Source: Gemmatimonadota bacterium (lineage in GTDB: Bacteria; Gemmatimonadota; Gemmatimonadetes; Palauibacterales; Palauibacteraceae). From it: a stretch of DNA of 64,000 nt. A program made the translations under genes and the position numbers. Where the stretch lies: contig OZ220691.1 in the NCBI GenBank assembly GCA_965116475.1, positions 448,001 to 512,000 of the forward strand, written 5' to 3'. The notes beneath the pieces were generated by a model that saw only the letters and a program-made list of their open reading frames with translations, was not told where the DNA came from and ran no database searches. Below are positions 46,670-54,953 of this stretch, piece after piece (position 1 is the stretch's first letter; every line of letters starts with the position of its first letter).

Positions 46670-47938
46670 CTACACGCGGCTGGCGATCACTCCGAGGAGG
46701 CGGTCGACGTCGGCGCGGTTGTTGAACATCGCGACGGCGGCGCGGAGGAGTTCCCCGCCCTCCTGGTAGCTGAAGAACACGCCCTCCTCGCGCAGGGCGT
46801 CGCCGAGTTCGTCCGGGTCCATCCCGTGGTAGAAGCTCACGATCGGTGACGGGTTGGCCGGCGGCGTGAACAGTTTCATCCCCAGCTTCGCAGCTCCCTC
46901 GCGAAGTTCGCCGGCGAGCGCCTGCGTGTGTTCGGCGATCCGCGCCAGCCCTACCTCGTCGATGAAGCCGAGGGCGGCGTCCATGGCCGCGACCGGGCCG
47001 AAGGCGAGGCTCCCGTGCTCGAACTTCCGCGCGTCCGTCCTCAGCCGGTACTGGTGTTCCGGGAGCGTCTCGGCCACCTGGCCGTGGCCGAAGCGGTCGG
47101 GCTGCATCCAGTCGTGGTGCTCGCGCCGCGCGTACAGGATCGAGCATCCGAAGTCGGCATGGAGCCACTTGTACCCGTTGCCGCAGGCGAAATCGACGTT
47201 CTCGGCGTGCAGGTTCGTCGGGAAGGTACCGAACGCCTGGATCCCATCGGCGAACAGATACCCGCCCCTGGCGTGCGCGATCTCGGCCAGCGCCGGCAGG
47301 TCGTACCGGAATCCGTTTCGATTCGAGACCCACGCCACGCTGATGAGCCGCGTGCGGTCGTCGGTATAGGCGTCATAGTCCTCGGGGTGGGCGCGGCCCT
47401 CGCGCGAGGGGATGATCCGGAGTTCGACGCCCTCCCGCTTCTCGAGTTCCCGGTAGACGACGAAGGCGGTGACAAAGTGGAGTTCGTCGATGACGACGTT
47501 GTCGCCCGGCCGCCAGTCGATCGAGTTGGCCACGATGTTCTCGCCGTCGCTCGTGTTGAAGAGGAAGGCGATCTCCTCCTCGTCCGCGCCGAACAGGCTG
47601 GCGAAGCGGCTCCGCGCGCGGTCCACGGCGCGCCTGCGGCTCCCGGGATCCCGATACGTCATCTTCTCGTCCGCGTAGGCGACGAGCGCCTCGCGGACCG
47701 GAAGCGGAAGCGGACCCGTGGAAGCCGTGTTCAGGTAGGCGGATTCCTCGGCGACCGGAAACTGGCCCCGGATCCCGAGCGGATCATCGTCCGAGCGTGA
47801 ACGTGAGCCGGGGACCGGCCCGGCGTCGTCACCGCCTTCGGGCGCCCCGACGGCGTGCGCAAGGGCGGGCGCGGCGGGGAGCGCGAGCCCCGCGGCGGCG
47901 GCCGTCCTGACGAAGTTACGGCGGCTCCACTCGGTCAT
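46670..47938 (-). CDS. Tat-exported class V PLP aminotransferase (cysteine desulfurase/isopenicillin epimerase-like)
   Basis: SRRNFVR Tat motif; YLNTASTGP, ADGIQAFG, GNGYKWL (PLP lysine); AGGAGG RBS. Confidence 0.85.
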   Translation of the reverse strand: MTEWSRRNFVRTAAAAGLALPAAPALAHAVGAPEGGDDAGPVPGSRSRSDDDPLGIRGQFPVAEESAYLNTASTGPLPLPVREALVAYADEKMTYRDPGSRRRAVDRARSRFASLFGADEEEIAFLFNTSDGENIVANSIDWRPGDNVVIDELHFVTAFVVYRELEKREGVELRIIPSREGRAHPEDYDAYTDDRTRLISVAWVSNRNGFRYDLPALAEIAHARGGYLFADGIQAFGTFPTNLHAENVDFACGNGYKWLHADFGCSILYARREHHDWMQPDRFGHGQVAETLPEHQYRLRTDARKFEHGSLAFGPVAAMDAALGFIDEVGLARIAEHTQALAGELREGAAKLGMKLFTPPANPSPIVSFYHGMDPDELGDALREEGVFFSYQEGGELLRAAVAMFNNRADVDRLLGVIASRV

Positions 47939-48055
47939 CCGTCCCTCCTGATCCCTCTCGTGTACGGTCTGTCGCAAACCCTTGAAACGATCCCCGGCAC
48001 GACCCTCGAAACGTACGTCCGAAACCCGTTCGCGGGACAGCGGCGCGCCCTGAGA

Positions 48056-48071
48056 CGTTCCCGCGGGAACG
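48056..48071. promoter_or_regulatory. Perfect 16-bp palindrome in the divergent promoter region
   Basis: CGTTCCCGCGGGAACG. Confidence 0.5.
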
Positions 48072-48177
48072 CGTGCCAACCCACGAGCCGCGGGCCGACC
48101 CGTGGACCGGGACCCTCGGCCGTGCTTAGTGTCGTGGGCCGTCTCATCTCTCCATGAATCGAAACGGGAGCGGGATC

Positions 48178-48705
48178 ATGTCGAAGCTCATCGTCGCCGC
48201 CCTCGCGGCGGGCATCCTCTGGAGCGCGGCGCCGGGGGATCGCCCGGACAATCCGCCGGCCACCTACATCTCCGCGGCCGACATCCTCGCCACGATCGCG
48301 AACGCGCCGGAGGGCCGGGTCAGTGACCAGCAGATCCGCCACATCGACGCGGGCGGACACAACGCCGGCGTCGGCGTCGTCCAGCGCCCGCCGACCACGT
48401 CGATCGGGGCGATCCAGCACCACAAGCAGACCGAGGTCTACTACGTCGTCTCCGGCCGCGGCACGCTGGTGACCGGAGGCGAACTGTCGAACGCACGAGA
48501 ACTGGATCCGGGGGGACAGACGGTGCGGACGCTCACCGGCCCCAGTGCCGTGGGCGGGATCACGGGCGGCGAGAGCCAGGAGATCGGCCCGGGCGACATG
48601 CTCATCATTCCCGCGGGTTCCCCGCACGGCTTCAGCGAGATCACCGAGACAATCACCTACATCGTCGTGCGCGTGGACCCCGAGCAACTCGTCGAGCTAA
48701 AGTAG
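48178..48705 (+). CDS. Exported cupin-domain protein
   Basis: Signal peptide; HHKQTEVYYVVSGRG and GPGDMLIIPAGSPHGF cupin motifs. Confidence 0.82.
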   Translation: MSKLIVAALAAGILWSAAPGDRPDNPPATYISAADILATIANAPEGRVSDQQIRHIDAGGHNAGVGVVQRPPTTSIGAIQHHKQTEVYYVVSGRGTLVTGGELSNARELDPGGQTVRTLTGPSAVGGITGGESQEIGPGDMLIIPAGSPHGFSEITETITYIVVRVDPEQLVELK

Positions 48706-48722
48706 CGAGGAGATCCGAAGGT

Positions 48723-48776
48723 TCGGAGGAACACGGTCGGAGAAACACAGTCGGAGAAACACAGTCGGAGGCACGG
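48723..48776 (+). repeat. 14-bp tandem repeat TCGGAGAAACACAG (~4 copies) upstream of the amidohydrolase
   Basis: Units at 48723, 48737, 48751 and 48765, each containing GGAG. Confidence 0.8.
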
Positions 48777-48791
48777 CATGAGGGACACGGT

Positions 48792-50519
48792 ATGAGCGAC
48801 TTCACCCGGCGCGATTTCATGGCGATCTCCGGCCTCGCGGCGGGCGGCGCGGCGCTGGCCGGCTGCGGCCCCGGAGGCACCGGAGGCCCCGGAGGCGGAT
48901 CCCGCGTCGGCTCCGGCGCCGCGGCGGGCGGCCACGCGGACCTCGTCGTCCGCGACGCGACCGTCCACACCGTGGATGACGACCTGCCCCGAGCCGAGGG
49001 GTTCGCCGTCAAGAGCGGCCGCTTCCTCGCCGTGGGCTCGAGCGACGACATCTCGAACCTCATCGGCCCCGGCACCGACGTCATCGACGCCGCCGGCCAC
49101 ACCGTCGTGCCCGGCTTCATCGACGCGCACAACCATCCCTTCTACTCCGGCACGAAGCACCTCAAGCAGGTGAGCCTCGACGTGCGCTCGATCGAGGGCA
49201 TCAAGAGCGCGCTGAGCGAGCGCGCCCAGAACACGCCGCCGGACCAGTGGGTGCAGGGCTTCCTCTACGACGACACGAAGCTCGAGGACGGGCGTCCGCT
49301 GACCCGCGCGGACATCGACGACGCCGTCCCGGACCACCCCGTCTCCGTCACCCATCGCGGCGGCCACACCGGCGTCTACAACTCCCGGGCGTTCGAACTC
49401 GCCGGCATCACGGCCGACACCCCCGACCCGCCCGGCGGCAAGTACTACAGGGAGAACGGCGAACTCACCGGGCGCGTGGCGGAACACGCCAAGGACCCGC
49501 TCGAGAGTCTCATCCCCGCCGGGACGACGCGCGCCGAGCGCCAGGAGAGCATCCGCCTCATCGGCGAGCGCATGGCCGCGGCCGGCCTCACCTCCGTGCA
49601 CGAGACCGGCGCCGGCAACGACTTCGTGAGCTACCAGGACGCCCACGAAGCGGGCGAACTCCACTTCCGCGCCTACGTCTTCCCCAACGCGGGCGACCCC
49701 TCCGGCCTCTTCGACGCCCTCAAGACGGCGGGCATCCGCACCGGCTTCGGAGATGAGTGGGTGAAACTGGGCGGGATCAAGTACGGGGCCGACGGCTCCG
49801 CCTCCGAGCGCACGATGGCCATGTCCACGCCCTACGTCGGCCGCCCGGACGACTTCGGCATCCTCACGATGGACCAGGAGGAGATCCACCACGCGGTGGA
49901 CGACGCGGTGCGGAACGGCTGGCAGATCGGCATCCACGCGAACGGCGACCTCGCGATCGACATGTGCCTCACCGCCTTCGAGCGCGCGCAGCGGGAGATG
50001 CCGCAGGCCGATCCCCGCTTCCGCCTCGAGCACTGCTCGCTCGTGAACGACGATCTCCTGCGCAGGATCCGGGACGTGGGCGCGATCCCCACGCCCTTCT
50101 ACACCTATGTCCACTTCCACGGCAACAAGTGGGGCGAGTACGGCGCCGAGAAGATGGAATGGATGTTCGCGCACCGCCGGTTCATCGACTACGGGATCCC
50201 CGTGGCGGGCGCCTCCGACTATCCGCCGGGGCCCTTCGAGACGCTGATGGGCATCCAGAGCATGGTCACGCGCACCGACATGCAGGGACGCGAGTGGGGC
50301 CCGAGCCAGAAGATCACGGTCGAGGAGGCGCTCCGCGTGTGCACGATCAACGGAGCCCACGCCGCGTTCGAGGAAGGAATCAAGGGATCGATCACCGCCG
50401 GCAAGCTGGCGGACTTCGTGATTCTCGCCGACGACCCGCACACGGCCGATCCCTTCGCGATCAAGGAGATCGAGATCCTGCGCACCGTCGTCGGCGGGCG
50501 CGCGACGTACGAAGCCTGA
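48792..50519 (+). CDS. Amidohydrolase 3 family (YtcJ-like), Tat lipoprotein, paralog 1
   Basis: TRRDFM Tat motif plus LAGC lipobox; PGFIDAHNH, GIHANGD, RLEHCS, GASDYP, GKLADFVIL. Confidence 0.9.
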   Translation: MSDFTRRDFMAISGLAAGGAALAGCGPGGTGGPGGGSRVGSGAAAGGHADLVVRDATVHTVDDDLPRAEGFAVKSGRFLAVGSSDDISNLIGPGTDVIDAAGHTVVPGFIDAHNHPFYSGTKHLKQVSLDVRSIEGIKSALSERAQNTPPDQWVQGFLYDDTKLEDGRPLTRADIDDAVPDHPVSVTHRGGHTGVYNSRAFELAGITADTPDPPGGKYYRENGELTGRVAEHAKDPLESLIPAGTTRAERQESIRLIGERMAAAGLTSVHETGAGNDFVSYQDAHEAGELHFRAYVFPNAGDPSGLFDALKTAGIRTGFGDEWVKLGGIKYGADGSASERTMAMSTPYVGRPDDFGILTMDQEEIHHAVDDAVRNGWQIGIHANGDLAIDMCLTAFERAQREMPQADPRFRLEHCSLVNDDLLRRIRDVGAIPTPFYTYVHFHGNKWGEYGAEKMEWMFAHRRFIDYGIPVAGASDYPPGPFETLMGIQSMVTRTDMQGREWGPSQKITVEEALRVCTINGAHAAFEEGIKGSITAGKLADFVILADDPHTADPFAIKEIEILRTVVGGRATYEA

Positions 50520-50530
50520 GGGAGACGAAG

Positions 50531-52237
50531 ATGAGCGAGGTCAATCGCCGGGAGTTCATGGCCCTCTCAGGGCTCGCGGCCGGGGGCGCGGCCCTCGCGG
50601 GCTGCGGGACGCAGGGCGGGAGCGGCGGCCAGGCCGGCGCCGGCGACGCCCGGCACGCCGACCAGGTCGTCACCAACGCCACCGTCTACACCGTCGATGA
50701 CGCGAACCCCCGGGCGGAGGCGCTCGCCGTGAAGAGCGGCCGCTTCCTCGCCGTCGGCTCGAACGACGACATCGCGAACCTCATCGGACCGCGCACCGAG
50801 CGCATCGACGCGGGTGGCGGCACCGTCGTCCCCGGCTTCATCGACGCGCACAACCATCCCTCCTCGGCCGGCATGCGCCACCTCACGCAGGTGGACATGA
50901 ACATCCGCACGATCGAGGGGATGAAGTCCGCGCTCCGCGAGCGCGCGCAGAACACGCCTCCCGGCGAGTGGGTCGTCGGCTTCCTCTACGACGACACCAA
51001 GATCGAGGAGGGGCGTCCGCTCAACCGGCGCGACATCGACGAGGCCGTCCCCGACCACCCCGTCCAGGTCACGCACCGGGGCGGGCACACGAGCGTCTAC
51101 AACTCGAAGGCGTTCGAACTGGCCGGGATCACCGTCGACACGCCCGACCCGCCCGGCGGGCACTTCTACCGCGAGGACGGCGAACTCACGGGCAAGGTCG
51201 CCTCGCTCGCGCGCCGCCCCCTGCAGCGCCTCGTCCCCGGCGGGAGCACGCGGGATGACCGCCAGGCCGGCGTCGCCCTCATCGGCGAACTGATGTCCGC
51301 CGCCGGCATCACGTCCGTGCACGAGACGGGTGGCAACAGCCAGGGGCTGACCGCGCTGCAGGACGCCTACGACGCCGGCGACCTCCGCTTCCGCATGTAC
51401 TACTTCCCCTCCGGGGGCAGCCTGCTGTTCTCGGCGCTCAAGCAGGCGGGGGTGCGCACCGGTTTCGGCGACGAGAACCTGCGCATCGGCGCGGTCAAGT
51501 ACAGCGCGGACGGCTCCGCCTCGGAGCGCACGATGGCGATGCGCACCCCGTACGTCGGGCGCCCGGACGACTACGGCATCAGCACGATGACCCAGGAGGA
51601 CATCGACCGGGCGGTGGACGACGCCGTCCGCGCCGGTTTCCAGATCGCGATCCACGCGAACGGCGACAAGACGATCGACATGTGCCTCAGCGCGTACGAG
51701 CGGGCGCAGCGCGAGATGCCGCAGGCCGACCCCCGCTTCCGTCTCGAGCACTGCTCGCTCGTCGACGACCCCCTCCTCCGCCGCATCAAGGACGTCGGCG
51801 CCATCCCCACCCCCTTCTACACCTACATCCACTTCCACGGCAACAAGTGGGGCGAGTACGGGGCGGAGAAGATGGAATGGATGTTCGCGCACCGCCGCTT
51901 CCTCGACTACGACATCCCCGTGGCGGGCGCCTCCGACTATCCGCCGGGGCCGTTCGAGGCGCTGATGGCGATCCAGAGCATGGTCACCCGCACCGACATG
52001 CAGGGACGCGAATGGGGCCCGAGCCAGAAGATCTCCGTCCCCGAGGCGCTCCGCATCTGCACCATCAACGGGGCCCACGCCTCCTTCGAGGAGCACATCA
52101 AGGGCTCGATCACCGAGGGGAAGCTGGCGGACTACGTCATCCTGGGCGACGATCCCCACACGGCCGACCCCTACGCGATCAAGGAGATCGAAGTCGTCCG
52201 CACCGTCGTCGGCGGCCGCACCACCCACGAAGCCTGA
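50531..52237 (+). CDS. Amidohydrolase 3 family (YtcJ-like), Tat lipoprotein, paralog 2
   Basis: NRREFM plus LAGC; same motifs as paralog 1; ATG 50531 after GAGGGAG. Confidence 0.9.
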   Translation: MSEVNRREFMALSGLAAGGAALAGCGTQGGSGGQAGAGDARHADQVVTNATVYTVDDANPRAEALAVKSGRFLAVGSNDDIANLIGPRTERIDAGGGTVVPGFIDAHNHPSSAGMRHLTQVDMNIRTIEGMKSALRERAQNTPPGEWVVGFLYDDTKIEEGRPLNRRDIDEAVPDHPVQVTHRGGHTSVYNSKAFELAGITVDTPDPPGGHFYREDGELTGKVASLARRPLQRLVPGGSTRDDRQAGVALIGELMSAAGITSVHETGGNSQGLTALQDAYDAGDLRFRMYYFPSGGSLLFSALKQAGVRTGFGDENLRIGAVKYSADGSASERTMAMRTPYVGRPDDYGISTMTQEDIDRAVDDAVRAGFQIAIHANGDKTIDMCLSAYERAQREMPQADPRFRLEHCSLVDDPLLRRIKDVGAIPTPFYTYIHFHGNKWGEYGAEKMEWMFAHRRFLDYDIPVAGASDYPPGPFEALMAIQSMVTRTDMQGREWGPSQKISVPEALRICTINGAHASFEEHIKGSITEGKLADYVILGDDPHTADPYAIKEIEVVRTVVGGRTTHEA

Positions 52238-52359
52238 GACGAATTCGTTCCGTAGCCGCCACGGATCGTCGGCGGTGTGCACGATTATTCAGATTTTCTT
52301 ACTTTTCAAATATTCGGATTCGGTTGCCGGGCGAATCGGGCGAATCGAAGGAGCAAGCG

Positions 52360-52584
52360 ATGGAAGTTTCCAGGATCACGGCCCGCGGGCAGACGACGAT
52401 CCCGAAGAGGATCCGCGAACGGGCAAACCTCTCGGAGGGCGATCTCCTGTCGTTCGAGATCGAGGACGACCACCTGGTGGTCCACAAGATTTCGCCCGAT
52501 CGGGACGGCTACCTGGACGCCGTATCCGAAGGACTGAACGAATGGGTCTCCCGTGAGGATGAGGACGCATGGCGTGACCTTTGA
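52360..52584 (+). CDS. AbrB/MazE/SpoVT-family antitoxin
   Basis: SRITARGQTTIPKRIRERANLSEGD; acidic tail EWVSREDEDAWRDL; AAGGAG RBS. Confidence 0.85.
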   Translation: MEVSRITARGQTTIPKRIRERANLSEGDLLSFEIEDDHLVVHKISPDRDGYLDAVSEGLNEWVSREDEDAWRDL

Positions 52585-52906
52585 GCCGTACGACGTCGTC
52601 GTCGTTCCCTTCCCCTTCACAGACAGACTCGCGTCCCGGCGGAGGCCGGCGCTCATCGTCTCGTCGGAGCGTTTCCAGGCGGATCACGAGCAGTCGATCC
52701 TGGCGATGATCACGACGACCCGCTCGGAGTGGCCGAGCGACGTGTCGATCCGACGCTGGCGGGAAGCCGGCCTTCATGTCCCGTGCAGCGTTCGCTTCAA
52801 GCTCTTCACCCTCGACAACTCCCTGATCCTCCGGAGAGTCGGCAGGCTGGCCGAGCGTGACCGCGAGGCAGCGCGCAAGGCCCTGACCCGCGTGCTTGCG
52901 AGCTGA
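52574..52906 (+). CDS. PemK/MazF-family toxin
   Basis: YDVVVVPFPFTD...RRPALIVS, LAMITT, GL..PCSVRFKLFTLD; overlaps the antitoxin end. Confidence 0.85.
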   Translation: MTFEPYDVVVVPFPFTDRLASRRRPALIVSSERFQADHEQSILAMITTTRSEWPSDVSIRRWREAGLHVPCSVRFKLFTLDNSLILRRVGRLAERDREAARKALTRVLAS

Positions 52907-53038
52907 GCCGGGGAGGGACCGGCTCGGGTGGTATCGGATGATTCCGCATGATAGCGTTTGACCCGGGGCGCGCTCCACACAGCGGGGCTCGCTGGACCGC
53001 CCCAACCGGAACCTGCCAACCTGTAGCCTGGAGTCGTG

Positions 53039-53818
53039 ATGAGTGACGTTCTTCTCGTCGAGAAGCTCGACGGACATATCGCCAAGCTCACGGTCAACCG
53101 GCCGGAGAAGCTCAACGCGCTGAACGGCGCCGTGCGCTGCGCCATCTTCGGCGCGCTCGACCGCCTCGCGGCCGACGACGATGTGCGCGTCGTCGTCATC
53201 ACGGGGGCGGGGGACCGCTCGTTCATCGCGGGCGCCGACATCTCGGAGTTCAAGGACGCGCGACCCGTCGAGCAATACCGCAGCATGACGCGCGGCGACA
53301 TGTACAGCGCGATCGAGTCCTTCCCCAAGCCCGTCATCGCCATGATCAACGGCTTCTGCCTCGGCGGCGGCTGCGAACTCGCCATGTCGTGCGACATGCG
53401 CGTGGCCTCGACCGCGGCCCGCATCGGCCAGCCGGAGATCAACCTCGGACTCATCCCCGGCGCCGGCGGCACGCAGCGGCTCCCGCGCCTGGTCGGCGAG
53501 GGCTGGGCGATGCGGCTCGTGATGAGCGGCGAACTGATCCCGGGGGAGAAGGCGGAGCAGATCGGCCTCGTGGAAGCGGCCGTCGCGCCCGAGGCACTCG
53601 AGGGTCACGTGATGGAACTCGCCTCGAGCATCGCGAGCCGCAGCCCGGTCGCGCTTCAGGCCGCCAAGGAGTCGATCCTCGCCGCGCGGCGGATGCCGCT
53701 GGATGAGGGGTTGAAGTTCGAGCGAAGCTGGTTCTCGCTCCTCTTCTCGACCGACGACATGGCGGAGGGCGTGGGCGCCTTCCTGGAGAAGCGGAAGCCC
53801 GAGTTCAAGGGCTCCTGA
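53039..53818 (+). CDS. Enoyl-CoA hydratase (crotonase)
   Basis: NRPEKLNAL, FIAGADI, INGFCLGGGCELAMSCD, GQPEINLGLIPGAGGTQRL. Confidence 0.93.
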   Translation: MSDVLLVEKLDGHIAKLTVNRPEKLNALNGAVRCAIFGALDRLAADDDVRVVVITGAGDRSFIAGADISEFKDARPVEQYRSMTRGDMYSAIESFPKPVIAMINGFCLGGGCELAMSCDMRVASTAARIGQPEINLGLIPGAGGTQRLPRLVGEGWAMRLVMSGELIPGEKAEQIGLVEAAVAPEALEGHVMELASSIASRSPVALQAAKESILAARRMPLDEGLKFERSWFSLLFSTDDMAEGVGAFLEKRKPEFKGS

Positions 53819-53921
53819 GGGAGCTCCTGAGGGGGACGGCCCGGCGCGGCTGCAGCCGGTGGCGGTGCGGCTGCGAGCGCGCGGCGGGCCGGTGTCGCAA
53901 CGCTAGTGCGGCGCCACGACG

Positions 53922-54176
53922 CTAGTGCGGCGTAACGACGCTGACGAAGCGGCGGCCTCGCCGGCGGTGAAATTCGACCTGTCCATCGGCGAGCGCGAAC
54001 AGCGTGTCGTCCTTCCCGCGGCCGACGTTGCGGCCCGGGTGGAAGGGCGTGCCCCGCTGCCGGATGAGGATGTTGCCCGCGATCACGTGCTCGCCGCCGT
54101 ATTTCTTGACGCCGAGATACTGCGGGTTCGAATCGCGTCCGTTGCGGCTGGAGCCGACACCTTTCTTGTGCGCCAT
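53922..54176 (-). CDS. rpmA: 50S ribosomal protein bL27
   Basis: [24 protein letters not shown]...[10 protein letters not shown]; 1-nt TGATG overlap with the rplU stop. Confidence 0.97.
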   Translation of the reverse strand: MAHKKGVGSSRNGRDSNPQYLGVKKYGGEHVIAGNILIRQRGTPFHPGRNVGRGKDDTLFALADGQVEFHRRRGRRFVSVVTPH

Positions 54177-54817
54177 CAGTCGCCTTCCTTCGCCGCAATG
54201 GCCTTGTCCACGTCGCTCTTGAGGATGCGGCCGTCCTTGCCCGTCCCCTCGATCGCGCCCAGGTCGAGTCCGTGCTCCTCCGCCAGCTTCCGCGCGACCG
54301 GCGTGATGTCCACCGGCGCCGGCTCGGCCGCCTCGGGCTCGGGAGCCGCTTCGGCTTCCGGAGCAGCCTCGGCCTTCGGGGCGGCCTTGGGAGCAGCCTT
54401 GGCCTTCGGCGCGGCCTTGGGCTTCGGAGCGGCCTTGGGCTTCGGAGCGGCTTCCGGCTCCGGCGCCGCGGCCGCCGGCTTCGCCGCCGCTTCCAGCGGC
54501 TCGTCGGGCAGATCGATGCCGACGATGCGGATCTCCGTGTAGCCCTGGCGGTGCCCCTGCTTCCGCCGGTAGCCCTTCCGCCGCTTCATCTTGTAGACGA
54601 TGATCTTTTCGCCGCGCCCGTGGCTCACGACCTCGGCCGCGACCGAGGCGCCAGCCACGCACGGGGCTCCGACGTGAACATCCCCGTCGTGCTCGGCGAG
54701 CAGCACGTCGTCGAACTTGACCGTGTCCCCGGGCTCGGCCTCGAGGGAAGGGATGCGGAGTACCGCGTCCTCCACCGCTCGAAACTGCTTCCCCTGGGCC
54801 TTGAAAATCGCGTACAT
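54176..54817 (-). CDS. rplU: 50S ribosomal protein bL21 with C-terminal Ala/Pro/Lys/Glu linker and E3-binding (PSBD) domain
   Basis: [12 protein letters not shown]...[24 protein letters not shown] (aa 1-103); linker aa 104-170; [32 protein letters not shown] (aa 172-203). Confidence 0.95.
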   Translation of the reverse strand: MYAIFKAQGKQFRAVEDAVLRIPSLEAEPGDTVKFDDVLLAEHDGDVHVGAPCVAGASVAAEVVSHGRGEKIIVYKMKRRKGYRRKQGHRQGYTEIRIVGIDLPDEPLEAAAKPAAAAPEPEAAPKPKAAPKPKAAPKAKAAPKAAPKAEAAPEAEAAPEPEAAEPAPVDITPVARKLAEEHGLDLGAIEGTGKDGRILKSDVDKAIAAKEGD

Positions 54818-54860
54818 ATCGTCAGATCACCACTGGAATTCCACGAATTGCGAGCCGCTG

Positions 54861-54889
54861 AGACTACCCGCGGCGGGCGGATGTGTCAA
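54861..54889 (-). promoter_or_regulatory. Sigma70 promoter of rplU-rpmA
   Basis: Minus strand TTGACA (54889-54884) - N17 - TAGTCT (54866-54861). Confidence 0.7.
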
Positions 54890-54953
54890 ACAAAACCGCG
54901 CGCATCCGACCATCGTGACGGCCGGCGACGGCCGGCTTCACGAGAGACCGCAC

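Noticed and set aside
48723..48776. Possible CRISPR array or iterons
   Set aside because: Units are 14 bp and directly abutting with no unique spacers; no cas or rep gene nearby.
52360..52906. AbrB/MazF toxin-antitoxin pair as a novel system or mobile element
   Set aside because: Ordinary type II TA architecture; no flanking transposase, terminal repeats or target duplication seen.
53901..53944. Duplicated 3' end of rpmA as a prophage/ICE attachment site
   Set aside because: The copies are adjacent with no integrase or cargo between them; better explained as one of the local tandem duplications.
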